This document shows, one piece after another, positions 25,101-40,100 of a stretch of DNA of 64,000 nucleotides. A model generated the notes under the pieces. It ran no database searches. It worked only from the letters and a program-made list of their open reading frames with translations, and was not told the origin of the DNA. The DNA comes from Antedon mediterranea (lineage: Eukaryota > Animalia > Echinodermata). Both the position numbers and the translations under genes were made by a program. How positions within the stretch are numbered: position 1 is the stretch's first letter; each line of letters opens with the position of its first letter. Location of the stretch: the NCBI RefSeq assembly GCF_964355755.1, contig NC_092670.1, positions 22,182,795-22,246,794 of the forward strand, in the 5' to 3' direction.

Positions 25101-28100
25101 AATTTCGAGTGATGTGCCATCAATCACCACTAGCTCCCTATCCTCAAGATATGTTAAAATATCAAAAATAGATTGTTACCTCCTGGTATAGGGCTTCCAT
25201 CCTGACCATAGCGGCCAAAGCAACCTCCTTTGTCGGTAGGTTCTTGCAAACTTTCAAATTCTTCGTTAATAACGGATTCTCCATTTGGTACTACCTCTGT
25301 ATAATCATCATTATATTCTGCAAATGTTTCCAAGTTAAATATTTTTGGAAGCGATTCGTTACGTGGTTGATGTGTCATACGACGACAAAACCAGAAAAAT
25401 TGTATGCCTGTTTGTTCTTTGACATCGGGATCTTTTGAAAGTTTTCCAGCATCAATTTCAACAGTCTGGTCCCAACCAAGTGAACGAGTTGACCCGCCGT
25501 CAATACCTATCTCCAACTCCGATGGTACAATAGTGAACTCTGTATGATCTATTGCCCAAAGGCCTATCTCTCCGACCATAGTAACATTTAATTCTGCACG
25601 GTACGTACCATAGCCTAATGTTGCTCTGGGAATACTAAGAAAACCCAGTCCAACACCCACTGTGTTTATCTCACTTGGAAGCAAGTAAATTTCAGAATTT
25701 TCATAGAGTGTCCATGTGTTGTTTGCAATATTTGTCGACTTACAATCTATTTCGATGGCCGAAGATACAGTTATATCTACAGATGCTTTATACTTGCGCC
25801 TGTTCGTGTTTCCATAACAAGGATAACCCACGCTGCACATGTTCTCAGAAGCCACATTAACAACTGGTTTTTTACATGGAGCATTTGTCACTGTCTGAAA
25901 TACGGTCGTTTCCAGTCGAGATACGTTATTATGAACAATAAACAAAACAGAATATCCACCTTTTGTCATAAACGTATTATTAACTACTAAGTCTGTGTCT
26001 AGTGCATTTTGTTCAAACTTTTCTTCCCATATTGTCATAGAGCTGCTTAGATTAGAAAATTGTAAGTCTGGATGTTTCATTTCAGCCGGATACTCTTCAT
26101 TACAAGTACCAAAATTTCCCAGGAACATTTTGTAATATGGTTCTGACTTTTCATCAATAAAGTTGATGTAATAACATGCATCTGTTGGCACCCATCCAAG
26201 ATGGAGATCAAACGAGGTAGTCATGTTCTTTGATGTTGATCCTTGACCTACAAGTTTGGTTTCATTAACTGAAGCTTGTACTACAAATGTAACACTAGTT
26301 GTAACAAAGTGAACTGGGTTAGATGCATTTAACTTTACAGTGTATTCACCAGGTTTTGAGTATTTATAGTAACATTGTTGGTCATGTGTTATCATGATGG
26401 AGTCCAATGGAGGTTGAATTGTATCTCCAAAATCACATATGTATGTCATGTTAGTCCCAGCATCAATGGTAAAATCCAGTACAGTGATAAATTCCAATGG
26501 CACATACTTTACATCCTTATGCACAAAATTATCATAAATATCACTACCATTATTGAAAACACTTCGATTCAAAAATACAGTACTGTATTTTAAATAAGGT
26601 TCCAATTCTTTGATTTTTTCAAACACATACACATTTTTTGTAAACACTTCATCTGATACAAGATTCCATATACGGATGCTCACTATTTCTAGCTTAGCTG
26701 TATTGTATGTATGAGCAATAGAAAGTATATTTGTTGTAGTAGCCTTGTCTAAATTAGAATCTTTCAAGTTTTCCATCATATTATCTAACAAACAGGCTTG
26801 TTCCGGTGGACAAAGGTCATCATTGCCAAACTGTACAGAAATGTATGCATCAGTAGGATGAGGCACTTCAGTGATTCGGAACAAATTGATGTGTAAATTT
26901 ACGTACGAATTATTAGATACTAATCTGTTTAAGGTCCGCGCTCCTACATAAAAATCTACTACTGGATGTTGAACAACGAGGTCAGAGTTCATTGTATATG
27001 ACATGGTTGACACAGTGTTTGTAACCGTTACTGATACTCGATAAAAACCAGGATCACTGTAAGGGTGAGTTGTTGAATTGCCATGTTCATCAGCAACAAT
27101 TCTATCAGTTGATGAGTCGTCGTCATACGTAATGTCAAACGTCATACGCGAGCCCCATGTAACAATATAGTTAATCTCCGCTGGTTCATCCACTTTCCAA
27201 TTAGGTGTTGGTAGTTGAATTTCCAAACCATTGATGATTTCATCTACTTCCAAATGGAAGCTGAATTTCCACACTGTTACAAGATTGAACACAGTAACAT
27301 TCACTTCATAAGAACCCCATTTTGTGATGTTGATGCCGTGTGTAAAAATTTCATTCACAGCACCAACTACAAGATCAATTGATACACTAAAGGTATGGTC
27401 ACCAGTAAAATTGTACTCTGCAACTGCATCTGTTGGTTTCCTATCAGAATTACCAGAAAACACATAATTAACATCTAAGACACCAACATTCTCATAAGGT
27501 ATTTCTACCAATGTCTCATGCGTCTCTTCCATCAGGGTTATTTCATTCTGCACGATAACAGTTATTTCTGTTGTATCATTACTGACATCGTTTACGCATG
27601 TGACAACTATCACATAAGTTCCCGGATTTCTGTATGTATGGGAAACAGTAGTCATATTATTAGGTCGCAGCATTACGTCTTCCTGACGATCGTAATCAGT
27701 CCCATCATCCATGTTTATTGTACAGTTCATATCCGAGCCACGGTCCATATCGTAATAGACTTCCATCACATAATCAGTTTTTATATATTCTTCAGAGACG
27801 GAGATGTTTAAGTCTGTAACCAGATATTGCACTCGAAAAACTATGGAATCTTCATATGGGCCTGTGATAAGATTCTGAACAAGAACAGTAAGATAATGAT
27901 CTCCTATTGTAGAGTATAAGTCGCTAGGAATATCGACAAGACCAAGACGAGTCTGGCCGTTGTATGAAAAGACAGATTGATCCAATGGAGACGAATCAAA
28001 GTGTCCTTCAAACATCACATTAGTAGACAGATCTGTGTGAACAACCGCTAGAAGATCATTTTCTATTGGAAATGGGGCTGGTTGAACAATATAGTAGAAA

Positions 28101-31100
28101 GTTATACGTTCTTGATATACCAGTGTCGAGCTAATGGTTAAACTGTTAATATCATTGTAACCAGTAATGGTGATTGGGATGTCTGTAACATCATGAGCTG
28201 TAAACCTAAGTAGTCCTCTACCTGAAAGTAAGAAAAGATAATAAAATATAATTTTAGAAAAAAATTTTCATGCAGATTCCCTACTACTATTGACCTTTCA
28301 TAGTGGATGAAATGGCCAAGTCATCTAAAAAGCAGTTCCATTAATGGAGTATATTAGTCCATAGAGACCGCATGGATAGAAGTGTCAGCCGGGTTGCTGG
28401 TCGGGGAATACTGTGTTTACATCACACAGAATCTGGAAGAGTTAGTGTTCTATCTGTAACCACTGCAGCCATTTTTGTTATGGGAAAAAGGACCGAAATT
28501 CAGGCTCACTGTGAACATAGCTTATAAAGCTCTGTCTACACTATAAAACTAGTTTGACAAAAAAAAGTGTGCCCAAATATGGTAGTGATATGCCCAAATG
28601 TGGTAGAGATACAGTATGACATCATCATGTCTATATATGGGCATCCCTTTTTGTCGCATAAAGTTTGATAGTGTAGACCAAGAAGAGCATGTTATCAATG
28701 CGTGAATTGTCCATACCTTGATGTCCAAGTACTTCAAACTGTAATTTGGGAGTAGTAGCAAAATCATTGACAGTGATTCGAAGAAACCTAGCAATAATCA
28801 CTTCTGGAAACATAACAACTTTTAGACTAGCTCCAGACATACCAGTGAAATTCTAAAAAAAAAAGAAAAAAAATGTTATTGTCCCCTGAAAAAATTTAAA
28901 AAAATGTATTTGTTGAATATGCCATTTTAATGTGAAGAGAATACACAGGTCAAGTTCAATATTGAATATCGAAACGTGGCAGGCTATAGGCGCTTGACCT
29001 TTGACAAGATCGCCTAAAATTTATAATTTAAATCTACGATACTTAGTATTGTATATTCAGGAATAGCCGCTCCATAGTCTCTTTGCTTTTCTTCCTTATA
29101 TCTTATTCTTATTAACTCAAAATTATTTTTACTAACAAACATTACTATTTATATGCCTAGTGTGTAAACATTATTGACATAATTTCATTAAACATCCACA
29201 TACAGTACAACTCTTCTTAACAATTTTTTCAATCTTCTATCAACTAAAAGTCGTAGTTAGTCATGTCTCGGGTCACATTCTATGGTCACCGTACAGGTAG
29301 GCTACTACATCAGTACTTCTATGAAAAGATGACTAGTCGGCGACAATAACGCTAGTTGGTCATACCCAGTACCGTTTTGATTTTACGATCATTCGGGAAA
29401 CCACCTCACGACGTCCTGGACGTCGCAAAAATAGAAAGCTTTTTACTTACAAGATGTTCACCATCATGGTCTGTAAGAAAGTTCCAGTTAAAAGCATCAT
29501 CACTGTAACTGCATTGAAATTCAGTTACATAGTCTGATGCACTGGCTGGAAACAACATAACACCGGTGATGACCGTTGCTCTGCCTTGGTCCACATAGAT
29601 CCATGGGTCAGTGTCTGCAACATCTCCATCCCAAGTTAAACTTGCATATGTACCACTTGAAAAGCGAAATAAATCGCTTGTGTAGCCCTGAATTCCAACT
29701 TTTTCAATTCCAGATATTGGTACTGTAACCAAATAATAACTAATTAGTTAAAAAAATACATTAAACTGCTATGAATTAGTTATTTCAACAGTATAAGAAA
29801 GTACATTTCTAAAAGTCTATGAAAGTGCTTGTTTCTTAAAACTATGAACAGCAATCACTGCCACTGTTCAATTAGTCGGGCTGCAGAGCTTGACTATTAG
29901 GTCACGGTTTAGTTTACGCTATATAAACCCTCTTCCACCCCCCCCCCCACCCCAGTTTAAAAATAGTTTAAAATCTCATTTTGATGTGTATTCGTGTCGG
30001 CAATAAAAACAAGTGGTATAACGGACAAACTCTCTCTTAATGTAGATAACAAATAATAGAAATCTAAACTTATAAGTAGCCTTTAATGTTATAGGTAATA
30101 GAGTAGACATTTACTTTATGAGTAGACACTTACCCTTTGATCCAATGAGGGCATAGCGCAACCCAACATCAGATGATGCACTCTGAATGGTCATCCTTAT
30201 ATGTGTAGCAAGCACTGGATATGGAAAGATGGCTCTAGCACGTGTGGTTGAATCAATGTTTCCAGTAAATGTCTGGAGAAAAAAAAAAACAACTAAAGAA
30301 GTTGACGTACTATATACCACACTTTCCTGGAACTAAAAATTAAATACAATTACGTATGAATGATTTGGATGATGAGAATATTTCTTCACAAGTTGAAAGA
30401 TTGACTGCTCTCTCCACCAGTCAACAAATACACAAAAGTCATTATTTGTTATATAACACACCTACTGTTCTAAAATAAAATTGTATTCAGTTAATTTATC
30501 TGGAATCAACGTTCAATGCTAGGCCAGGAAGCTAGGCCATTTAAAAATACAACTTCCAATACTGGATGAGAGTAGCAAAGTTGTAGATGGTACACAACAT
30601 GTTGATTTTCAAACACGGACCAGTAAACAATCTCGCATGGCAAACATGTTTACAAAAAGCTGAACGTTCATTAGTGCCGTTCATCATTAGTGCAAAATAA
30701 TGAACATCACATGATGTGTAATTAACCAATCAAATGGTAAGTATACACTCAGGTGTGTTATTAAAACTGATAGTAATTTCTTAGTACTTACCTTTGTAGA
30801 CTGCGCATCATCATTTTCATAAATGGTAGTAAACACTTCACCATCAATACTGTAGTGTATAGTGTAAGTTAAAACCCAGGAATTAGAAGTAGGATTTCCT
30901 TGAGTCACTAAACCGATTATAAGGTGAGGATCATCAAATTGCATGTTAAAATCGGTTGGTGTACTAGATGTGTAATGCCACCCGTTGGCAGAATCTAATG
31001 TAGCATCATCTGCATATGCACCACTGGCAGTAGTGACGCTATCTGCCATTGTTATAATCTCATTAAAACGTCCACCTGTAATATCAAACAAATATTTGTG

Positions 31101-34100
31101 ACAAATCAATAAAGCATGACCATGACGACGTAATAGTGAGAAAATATGCTTTTGTTGTATAAAGATTTGTCACACTTTATGTGACAAACAAATTTGATGA
31201 GGTCATATATGGAAACGATGACATAATATCACTTCCATATTTAGGCAATCACACTTATTAGTTTGATAGTGTAGACACAGTTTTAGGTTAGGGTCGCATC
31301 AATTGCAAAAAGGTATATTGGAGACTTATCTTACCTTCACAGCCATATATCTCAAATGACATTGATGGTGTTCCAGCCCATTGTATCGGAATAATGCGAA
31401 GATACCGAGTTGTCAGAGGTTCAACAAAATCTACCCATTCGTCATACACATCTGGTGATGAGCTAAGTGTGTGCGTCTATAAATCAAGGCAAATACACTT
31501 TTATTTATTTAAAAACATATCGGTGTATAGACATGCTTGTAAAAGAAGGGTATTCTCCTTCGTGGCAAATATGTTAGTCCTTAGATAAGCCTAACAACAA
31601 TCTAAAGCGTGGTTCCCACTAGCGACGCAACGCAAGGACGTAACGCAACGCTAGTGAATTGACCAATCACAAGCGATGGCTTATTCGCTTGTGATTGCTA
31701 ACTGTCTAAACTTCGCTTTTCATTGGTTAAAACGCTTGCGTTGCGTTTACGTCCTTGCGTTACGTTCTAGTGGGAACCAAGCTTGTTGTTAATTAAGTTA
31801 ATATATAGTATATTTAATATATTGACAATGTTGGTACAGCCGTTTCTATGTATTTTATCTTTTGTATAAACTGTGTGACAGTACAGTGCTTACCCATATC
31901 TCCAAGTCACTAGTTGTTCTCAAGTTTCGCCACTTAACCCCATCCAGACTGTAACCAATCCTGAATTCCTGAAGCGCATTATTCTTATTTGATAAATCCT
32001 TTTGAATAGCTACTCCCGCTACAGTTTTTTGTTCTTGTAAATCGACCTGAATCCATTCACTTGAATCTCCTGAGCTTGGTTGCCAAAGTGTACCACTGTT
32101 TCGCCTCGCTGCTTGAACATTTGACGATGCTGTAATTTGGCTGTCTGTTATGGTTGAATCTTCCATTCCAAGAGGATCTCTACAGACTTCAGAAGCTGTT
32201 ACAAAAATAGATTCAACCATTACTAATGGAAAGTGGCGTAACGACTATGAGCGCTCACTTGCTAAACCCTGGGGTCCTGCAGCTTATGGGGGCCCCTGAG
32301 TAGTGCCCAGAGAAAAAAAAAAAAATGCTGCCCAGCGTTGGAGGGCCACTTAGGGTTACTAAACTGTGTTACACCACTGACTATGGATCCAGGGAGATTA
32401 TACCTGATTCACACATAAAAAGCATTTAAAATGTAATATATGGTAACAAATTGTAACCTTGGTACGAACGTGTGAAAGCGTTTCCAGGTTAGATATTTCT
32501 ATTAAGGTTTTTACATTGAGATTAAATTACACCTTGACGTGTGGGGGTGTATCAAAGTGGTGAGATTATTCAGGGAAATATCCATGTCGACATATTTTAT
32601 ATTTGTCTAGTACAGTATGTGTACAAAGCTTCAAGGCGGGACCCATTTAAACCAATAACCTAGACCTCTAGGAGTTGGTAATAAGCTAGATAGCTGATAC
32701 CTACCTCTTCGACCAAGCAAATCAAACTTTAAGCCAATTCCCCCACTACTGTATCCCTGAACAACATATTTGAAGTATCGAGCTACAACGGGTTGTTTAA
32801 ATATGTGCGTTAGTGGTGTGACTGCATCACTGTTCCCTTCAAATATCTAAAATTGAACAACCAGTAAAAACTATCATAATCTCATAAAGAGTAAAGTTCT
32901 GTCTACACTATCAAACTAGTTTGACAAGAAAAGTGTGTCCAAATATGGTAGTAATAGGCTTAAATATGGCAGTGATATGACATTATCATGTCCATATATA
33001 CACATTTTTGTTATCACATAAAGTTTGACAGTGTAAATAGAGCTTAAAGTATGAGGATATCATATCAAGATACTGTTTTGTTATGAAATTCACTATGGTT
33101 ATTATTCATTGAAATAATATAATACAAAATATAACCATTTGTACCTGGCAGGATTTGAACCCAATATCTTGGGAATTGTAGGCAACCTTATCCACCTATT
33201 CATCACTATTCAACATCATTATTCTATTTTACTTCATCAGTATGCGCATATTATTATTACATAAATTACGTTTTAAACTTACATTCCCATCATCAGCTGG
33301 TATGTATAAATAGTTAATACCATGACCGCTATGCATAAGATTCGCTGATGTTGTCCACATACCGTTACTCCCGAGCATAATGATTCCAGTTAAAATGTAA
33401 GCTTTTTTCAAGTCAACCTTTAAAATGAAAATAGGTTTAAAATACTATAAAGTGTACAGCTTAAAAAAAACAAAAAAGTTCTTATTTGGGATATACCATT
33501 CTTCTTCAGTCCACTGCAGGACATATTCTTGCTCCACAGCTCTCCCTTTACTTATCTCTATTGCTATTCTTGACCGTATACCATATTCAAGAGACATGCT
33601 CTCGAATAATAATACATTCTGTCATTATTATTGTATTATCAAGGTGGCAAAACAAGGATTAAAATGCAAGTTTATCTACCATTTAGATGACTTATTTAAC
33701 TTATTCTAAATCCCACTCCTAACATCTTTCGATAGCGTTGCGACATGGCTGAGAGGGGCTTTCCACCCTTAGTAATAAAAAAATGTTTGCATTTCTTGCT
33801 TGAAGGCATTGATTGATATTGCATGACAACTTTATCGAGGCTACTACACTGTGCAACTTACAATGACCGTCTCTGAAGCTGCCGCAGTGGCTGATGACCA
33901 ACCTGTAGCAGCACTGTAAGAACCAGAACTAGCAGTTAACACTGCATTTCCTAAATCAATAACCGACCGTGTGACAGCTGCATAGAAAAAAACAATATAC
34001 ATTATTATTCACCTGAAACTATTTTCAGTTTGTTAATAATAGGCATACTCAGAAAAGCTTATTTGGCAAGTTTGGTTTGGTGCTGCACAATAACAACAAA

Positions 34101-37100
34101 TCCCTGTAAAAGTTGTACTGTACCTGTGTTTAATGCATATACATCAGTGATAGTTTTGTCACCATCATATGTCAGAGAAGCTTGGTGAAACTCCTCTCCT
34201 GGTAGAAGATGAATTTCTGTATCACCAATCGTCACATTATAACCCATATGGCTTCCTGATAAGCAAAGAATAGCATTTGATTAATTGCTTACTTACCACC
34301 CTAGAAGAACTTTCTGAATGAAGAAGCAGGTGAAACTTACAATAGGGTTTTTTTTCAAATATATTTTTATCGTTTTAACGATTAATATTCGAATTGCCAG
34401 AATAAAGTTATTATACAATATATAACAATTGCCACTCTTAAAGTAAAAAAATTTGTTACATATTCTTACCAGAAGTTACATCCCATAATATAGTAGCAGC
34501 TTCGCCAATTCCTGTTGGTTCAACTAAAAAGTCCGGATTTCTCATCTCCAGAGATGTAGTATTTATAAAGGCTAGTCCTGTAATGTTGTCTTGTATAATG
34601 ATTGTTTGCTGTACATAAAAACACAACAAAACTATTTAGAAAATTTGATCAAAAATGTTCGGGGCCAATTCAATTTTACATGTGTGTCAAAACATGGATA
34701 GGATTTTAGGATGGGTTTTACCAATTTAAACATACCATTTACAGTAATACATTAAACATACCATTTGTTAGAATCCATTGTAATAGAAATAATTAGTTTT
34801 TCTTTTTAACAAAATTTGCTAGGACAACACTTTCTGGTAGTAATAGAAATAGAAATCTTTAGCTCTAAAATGAAATTGCAATGGAATATGAAAGAAACGT
34901 ACAAAATCACTCCATGTACTAATTTCATTGTAACCTGTTGCCTTCACTAAATAGGTACCAGTTGTGTTCCAGATGTAGGTAATGTTGCGTTCACTTGTCA
35001 CAATTTCATCTCCATTTCCCAAATTAAATCTGTAAGTGGCCTCAGTCTGTCCGAAATGATCCGGAATATACAGTGAAACAACACTATCTTTTTGAGCTAA
35101 GTGAATATAAGAGATAATTAATAGTGGTTAGCATACAGAAAGACACAAAATCAATTGTACAATAAGTTGTAAAGTATATGTAGTTAAAGGTCAAACAACT
35201 ACATATATTCAGAATAACATAACTCATGGAAGACATTTAAAAAAAAAATTCCAGCATTACCTATTGTAACATCTAATAACAAACAAACATCTAGAATAAC
35301 TTCCTGGAGGTGGTAGTTAGCCGTAAGAACAACCGCAGTCTCACTCGCATTGTTTGTCAATGTTACCGTAACAACTTCATCGACATATGCGGTGTTAGCC
35401 GGAAGGTTATACACATGACGAATCTTGGTTTTAATAGGCCGAATCACGACAGCACGCAGATTGTGACTGTATGAAGTTATAGCAAAACCATTATGCGGTA
35501 GGTTAGTATCAGTAACTACCGATGAACTATAGAAATCAGATGTGTCATTCTTTACAAAACCAAGTAAACCTAAACCTAGTAACAGAAAAATGTGTGCAAT
35601 TACTAGGCATGCAAAATGTCTAATAAGATGAATTAAAAACATACAATTTAATAATAATAATAATAATAATGTAGGCACAACCAAGATGATCTCAATCAGT
35701 ACTATACAACAGGGCATTTCCAACCTCACAAACCTACAGAATGTGATATGTACACCTGTAGTTTGGGAATTCTTATCCAAATCACCACATAATCAATATT
35801 ATGACTATAAGTTGCTGTGCATTAAGGCAAATTTACACAGACATTAAATACTTAAGAGTGTCTGAAAACATTCTTACCAGTTCCCGATTTATACCAAGCA
35901 ATAACATCACCCTGCTTTACTTCAAAATTATCGGATAAAGAAAACTTAGCAAACCCTGTTACAGTTTTAGAAAACTCGTACTGTTTGACAACTTCAAATG
36001 CCATAGTGGGAGGAGCTGTTGGAAATGGCACATGTTTCTGAGGGTGATCCGTGTCATTCAAACACTGTCGTAATCGGAATGAGTACTTTCCACTTGTACA
36101 TTGCCTTCGCCATGCACTCAACTGCTCTTCACAGTCGTCACTTTCAGGTATGTTTGAATATGATTTGTAACAGAACTTCATATTCGATTCTTGTACAGGT
36201 CTTAAAATCTATAGGAAAAATTTAAACGTTAAGGACCATGACAAATTATGTATACTCTTTAAGGTATTTTTTGCTAATCATACAAACTGTTTACTGCAGT
36301 GACATAAGCTTACATACATTATTGCACTAAAATGGTTACTAAACGAACTGCAGGAGATCAATTTTGACGAATTCTCTTAACGTTAAACACATGTTATTAA
36401 TTTAACTGTTACATGGTTTAGGAACACTAAGTGGCCTTCCATCGCAGGTGTTTTCAGCCTTTTGTTTCCTCTGAACCCTGCTCAGGTGTCCCCATAAGCT
36501 CTTGGACGCCTGGGTTTAGCTAGTGATCGCTCATCGCCACTGGATTGGGGCTTGACAAAGCAAACGTTGACAAACCTCGAATTTGAATGTTCCAGGATTC
36601 AGAATGTGTGCATGTACTTCAATCAATATGCCGTCTTCCTTTATGGGGCTATTGAACTTTGCATACCGTCCGTCAGATACTTCTTCATCAAATCTCACAT
36701 CATGAGTTATCTCCGTCGAACCATAATATGCTATACTGGTGTCTAAAATAAATTCAATGTGTAAAATATTATAGGAGATATGTATTTTGCTGTGCAAGTG
36801 CGTAACGAAATAAAAAGAGTAAGTGATTTTAAATCCTTTGGATCATTAATAGTGTGTGTACACTAGTGGCCAAATAAATCTTATTTTTTTGGTACAGGCA
36901 TTAACAAAAAAAATCACTGTAGATAAATTAGACATACTGTGACTATTCTGAAAGTTAATACAAACGAGACCTACTACTAACAGGCCATGCTTACCTAAGA
37001 CATACTCCGAAGGAGACTGGTCTGAAGTGCCAAAGTCAATATCAACTTGTACGTTGCTTCCACTTGCAAGAATTAGATCACATTCTGTTTCGCGTCCAGA

Positions 37101-40100
37101 TGCTATATTATCAGGGCAAGTAAGTGAAGGGGTTAAGATTCCAAATGAGACATGGTAGGTCTTTGTTACTGACTCACGATCTCCATCAAGATCTGCCACG
37201 GAAAATTTCAGTATTGATGTACCTGCTCTCCTGTAAACAAAAACCACATATGATTGATTTCTAACAATTCAGGGAAAAACATAAAAATGGAGCTTTTGCT
37301 TTCTCCTGTCGGAAAAGATGTTCTATTTCTGTTAAATTCTCAATATAAAAGTCATATAGATAATCAAGCCAGAATACATACATTTAGTTAGTACAGTGGT
37401 TTTATACTATAAATGAACAGGGGAAACTGAGACACTTTCCCATAAAGAAAAACAAACATATGTTTTAACACTATGTCTACTATTCAAGAGACAGTTCTAT
37501 TAAGAAGACTTTTGTTGGGTTTTAAAGGTGTCCTCTTAACAGAGGTTCTACTGTATTTATAAGGTGTTTGTAATGATCACTTACAGAGGCCTAAAACCAT
37601 CATTTTCTGCATTTGTTAAATCCAGAGCCTGTTCTGGAAGTCCATCGTTGGTTTTGAGGTAATATTTGCAGGCGATTCCACTTCCTGTATGTGTTATTTC
37701 ATAACTGTGTGGAACGTTACCCTCAACAGGTTCTAATGTTAAAAATGTATATAATAAATAAATGTACAAATGTAATGCCGTCAACTCTCTCACCGATATG
37801 AAGAGGTCCCAACTTTTCATTTCAACTGATAACAAGGGCTTCTTTTACAGATAGTAATACTTATGTATTAAATAGGTTTATGTTTCGATGAATGTACAGT
37901 ACAAACAAATTCGTTTTGAATAAACAACCCCAAATATAAACGCCCCACTTTTCATAAACACCCTCCCCAAAAAACACCCGGACCCCCCCCCCCCCCTCCC
38001 TCCCTCCCTAAAAAAAAAAGAACTTTGAATACGCCCTGGTTCTGCATGCTGTAATGAAAAATCATTTAGGATTATTGAAAACAAACCTTGCTGAAAAACA
38101 GCATCCACACTAACAATTGGATCCGGGTTTACAAAAATATCACCATGGTAATCGCCACCACATTTATCTCCGTTGATGCCACACATCTCATCGCAGAATG
38201 CTTCTGCCACGGACGTCTGAGTAAGGGTGGCTCCACATAGACATGCTCCTCCATCTCGTACTGATGAGTACCTGAAATGGATAATCAAATAATTCTATGG
38301 CGAGAGGATACATTTTGTATTTTTTGTAGTCAACAATGTATGAAAAGTGACAGTGTGTAGGCCTATAGCATATTTGGACCAATTAGTAGCAGTCGTAGAA
38401 CAACTACCTAGGCTAGTAGCTAAGCCTCTACACCAGGGACACGGCGGACGGATTGTAGCTGACAAACATAATTATAAAGTTATACTGGCATGGTTAATTC
38501 AACTAACCTCTCCTAGGGGCCAATGTCTGGAGTTCCTATATCCTAGACCTACTACTAGTACTACTACATATATAAATTCGGAAAAAGAATTCGGCTTATC
38601 ATTACTTTTAAACATCTCAAAAAACCCGCTAGCCAGCCTCAGATATAGTGTCATTTTGTAACTTGGAATTGTGTTGTGCGCCCTCTACAGCATTTAGATA
38701 CACTATCTTTGGAATTCAGGTTTTTTAGGGAGTTACCTCCATGTTTATATAGACATTTCTTGTAAATTTATAAAACCCCAAAACATTAATAATGACTCAC
38801 TTGTAGTCCAAATTCTTGCAAATTTGATAGCACTCTCCAATTCGAAGTGTATCTCCATTATAAAGACCGTAATTCACAATCATTTCCCGATCAATGATTT
38901 TCTCAGGATAGCAACCCGTATGCGCTGTAAGTCAATACATATTGATCGTAAAAATATATAAAATTATTTTGACTATAATTTACCTTCCCTTCTCTTATAT
39001 GATTCCTACACTTTAAGGTCGTGTCTCCGCGGCCAAAAATGAACTGATAATTATTTCATTTAAATAAGATAATTATCGGATAAATGCGATAATTTGACCA
39101 GAAGGACAAACCGTTGCGTTGTGATTGGGGGAATTGTTTTCGGTTTATGACTGACACACAAATACACACATTTTAAGTCGCGTGCAACGCGACTCTTCCA
39201 TGGTAAACGCTAACTCAAATTTGCGCACGCACTGCAGCCATGTATATGGCCTTGTATCTGATTCAAAATGAACAGATCATTTTTGTAATGGCTGTGGAAA
39301 CACGGCCTTAGTAGGCCTTATCCAACAAGCGCAACTTGTAACGCAAACGAGTTTAGTTGGTTGGCCACAATCGACTTAATATTGGTTGTGATGGTCAAAT
39401 TACTCGCATTGCGTTCGTTCTCGTTCTCTTGTGGACCTGTTATAGATTATCTATGATATGCTTAGCCATAATATAAAAAGCGCTTAATAAATCCAAATTA
39501 AGTTTAGTTTTAATAAGTTAATGCTTCAGCATGGTAATTTTATACTTCCATACACCGACGCAGGGGGTGGGAACGGGGGAGGGGCATGTCCCCACATATT
39601 TTTTAGTGGGGAATTGTCCCCCTCACTTTTCAACAGCAAAATTAAATTGTTGAAATGAAATAGAACGTAAGATTTCTATGACACACATGACGTATTGTAT
39701 GTAATTTCAGAAAATACAGTATCTAAGAAGAATAGATTTTTCGTGAATATAACCAGAGGCACATCAGGACCAGTGTCTAAAAGTGCGTAACCCAAAATAA
39801 TTGTATTCTTCCGTGCGGAATTTTGATGTGCTCAGAAATCGATTGAAACGACCTAAAGTATTTCATTTTTATACGACCCCCCTCCCCCCCCCCCCATTAA
39901 AAACGGATCTGCGCCGTTGCCTCCATCCATGGTTTCGATTATCCTATAAAAGAGGAATCTTTTTTTGTTATCAGTGTTGCCTAGTCGTAGCCTACGTAAT
40001 CATCTTTAGCATATTTACTGATTTACGTTCAATATCCGTATATCAAGACCTATCTACATCTTTAGGCACCGATGAAGATACTTACTTATTGGCCGAACAT

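Noticed and set aside
33496-33618. Open stretch with AG/GT ends inside the first discoidin domain's intron
   Set aside because: Flanking exons already join in frame (ETVI|VDLKK), the candidate has no discoidin similarity and its phases do not fit.
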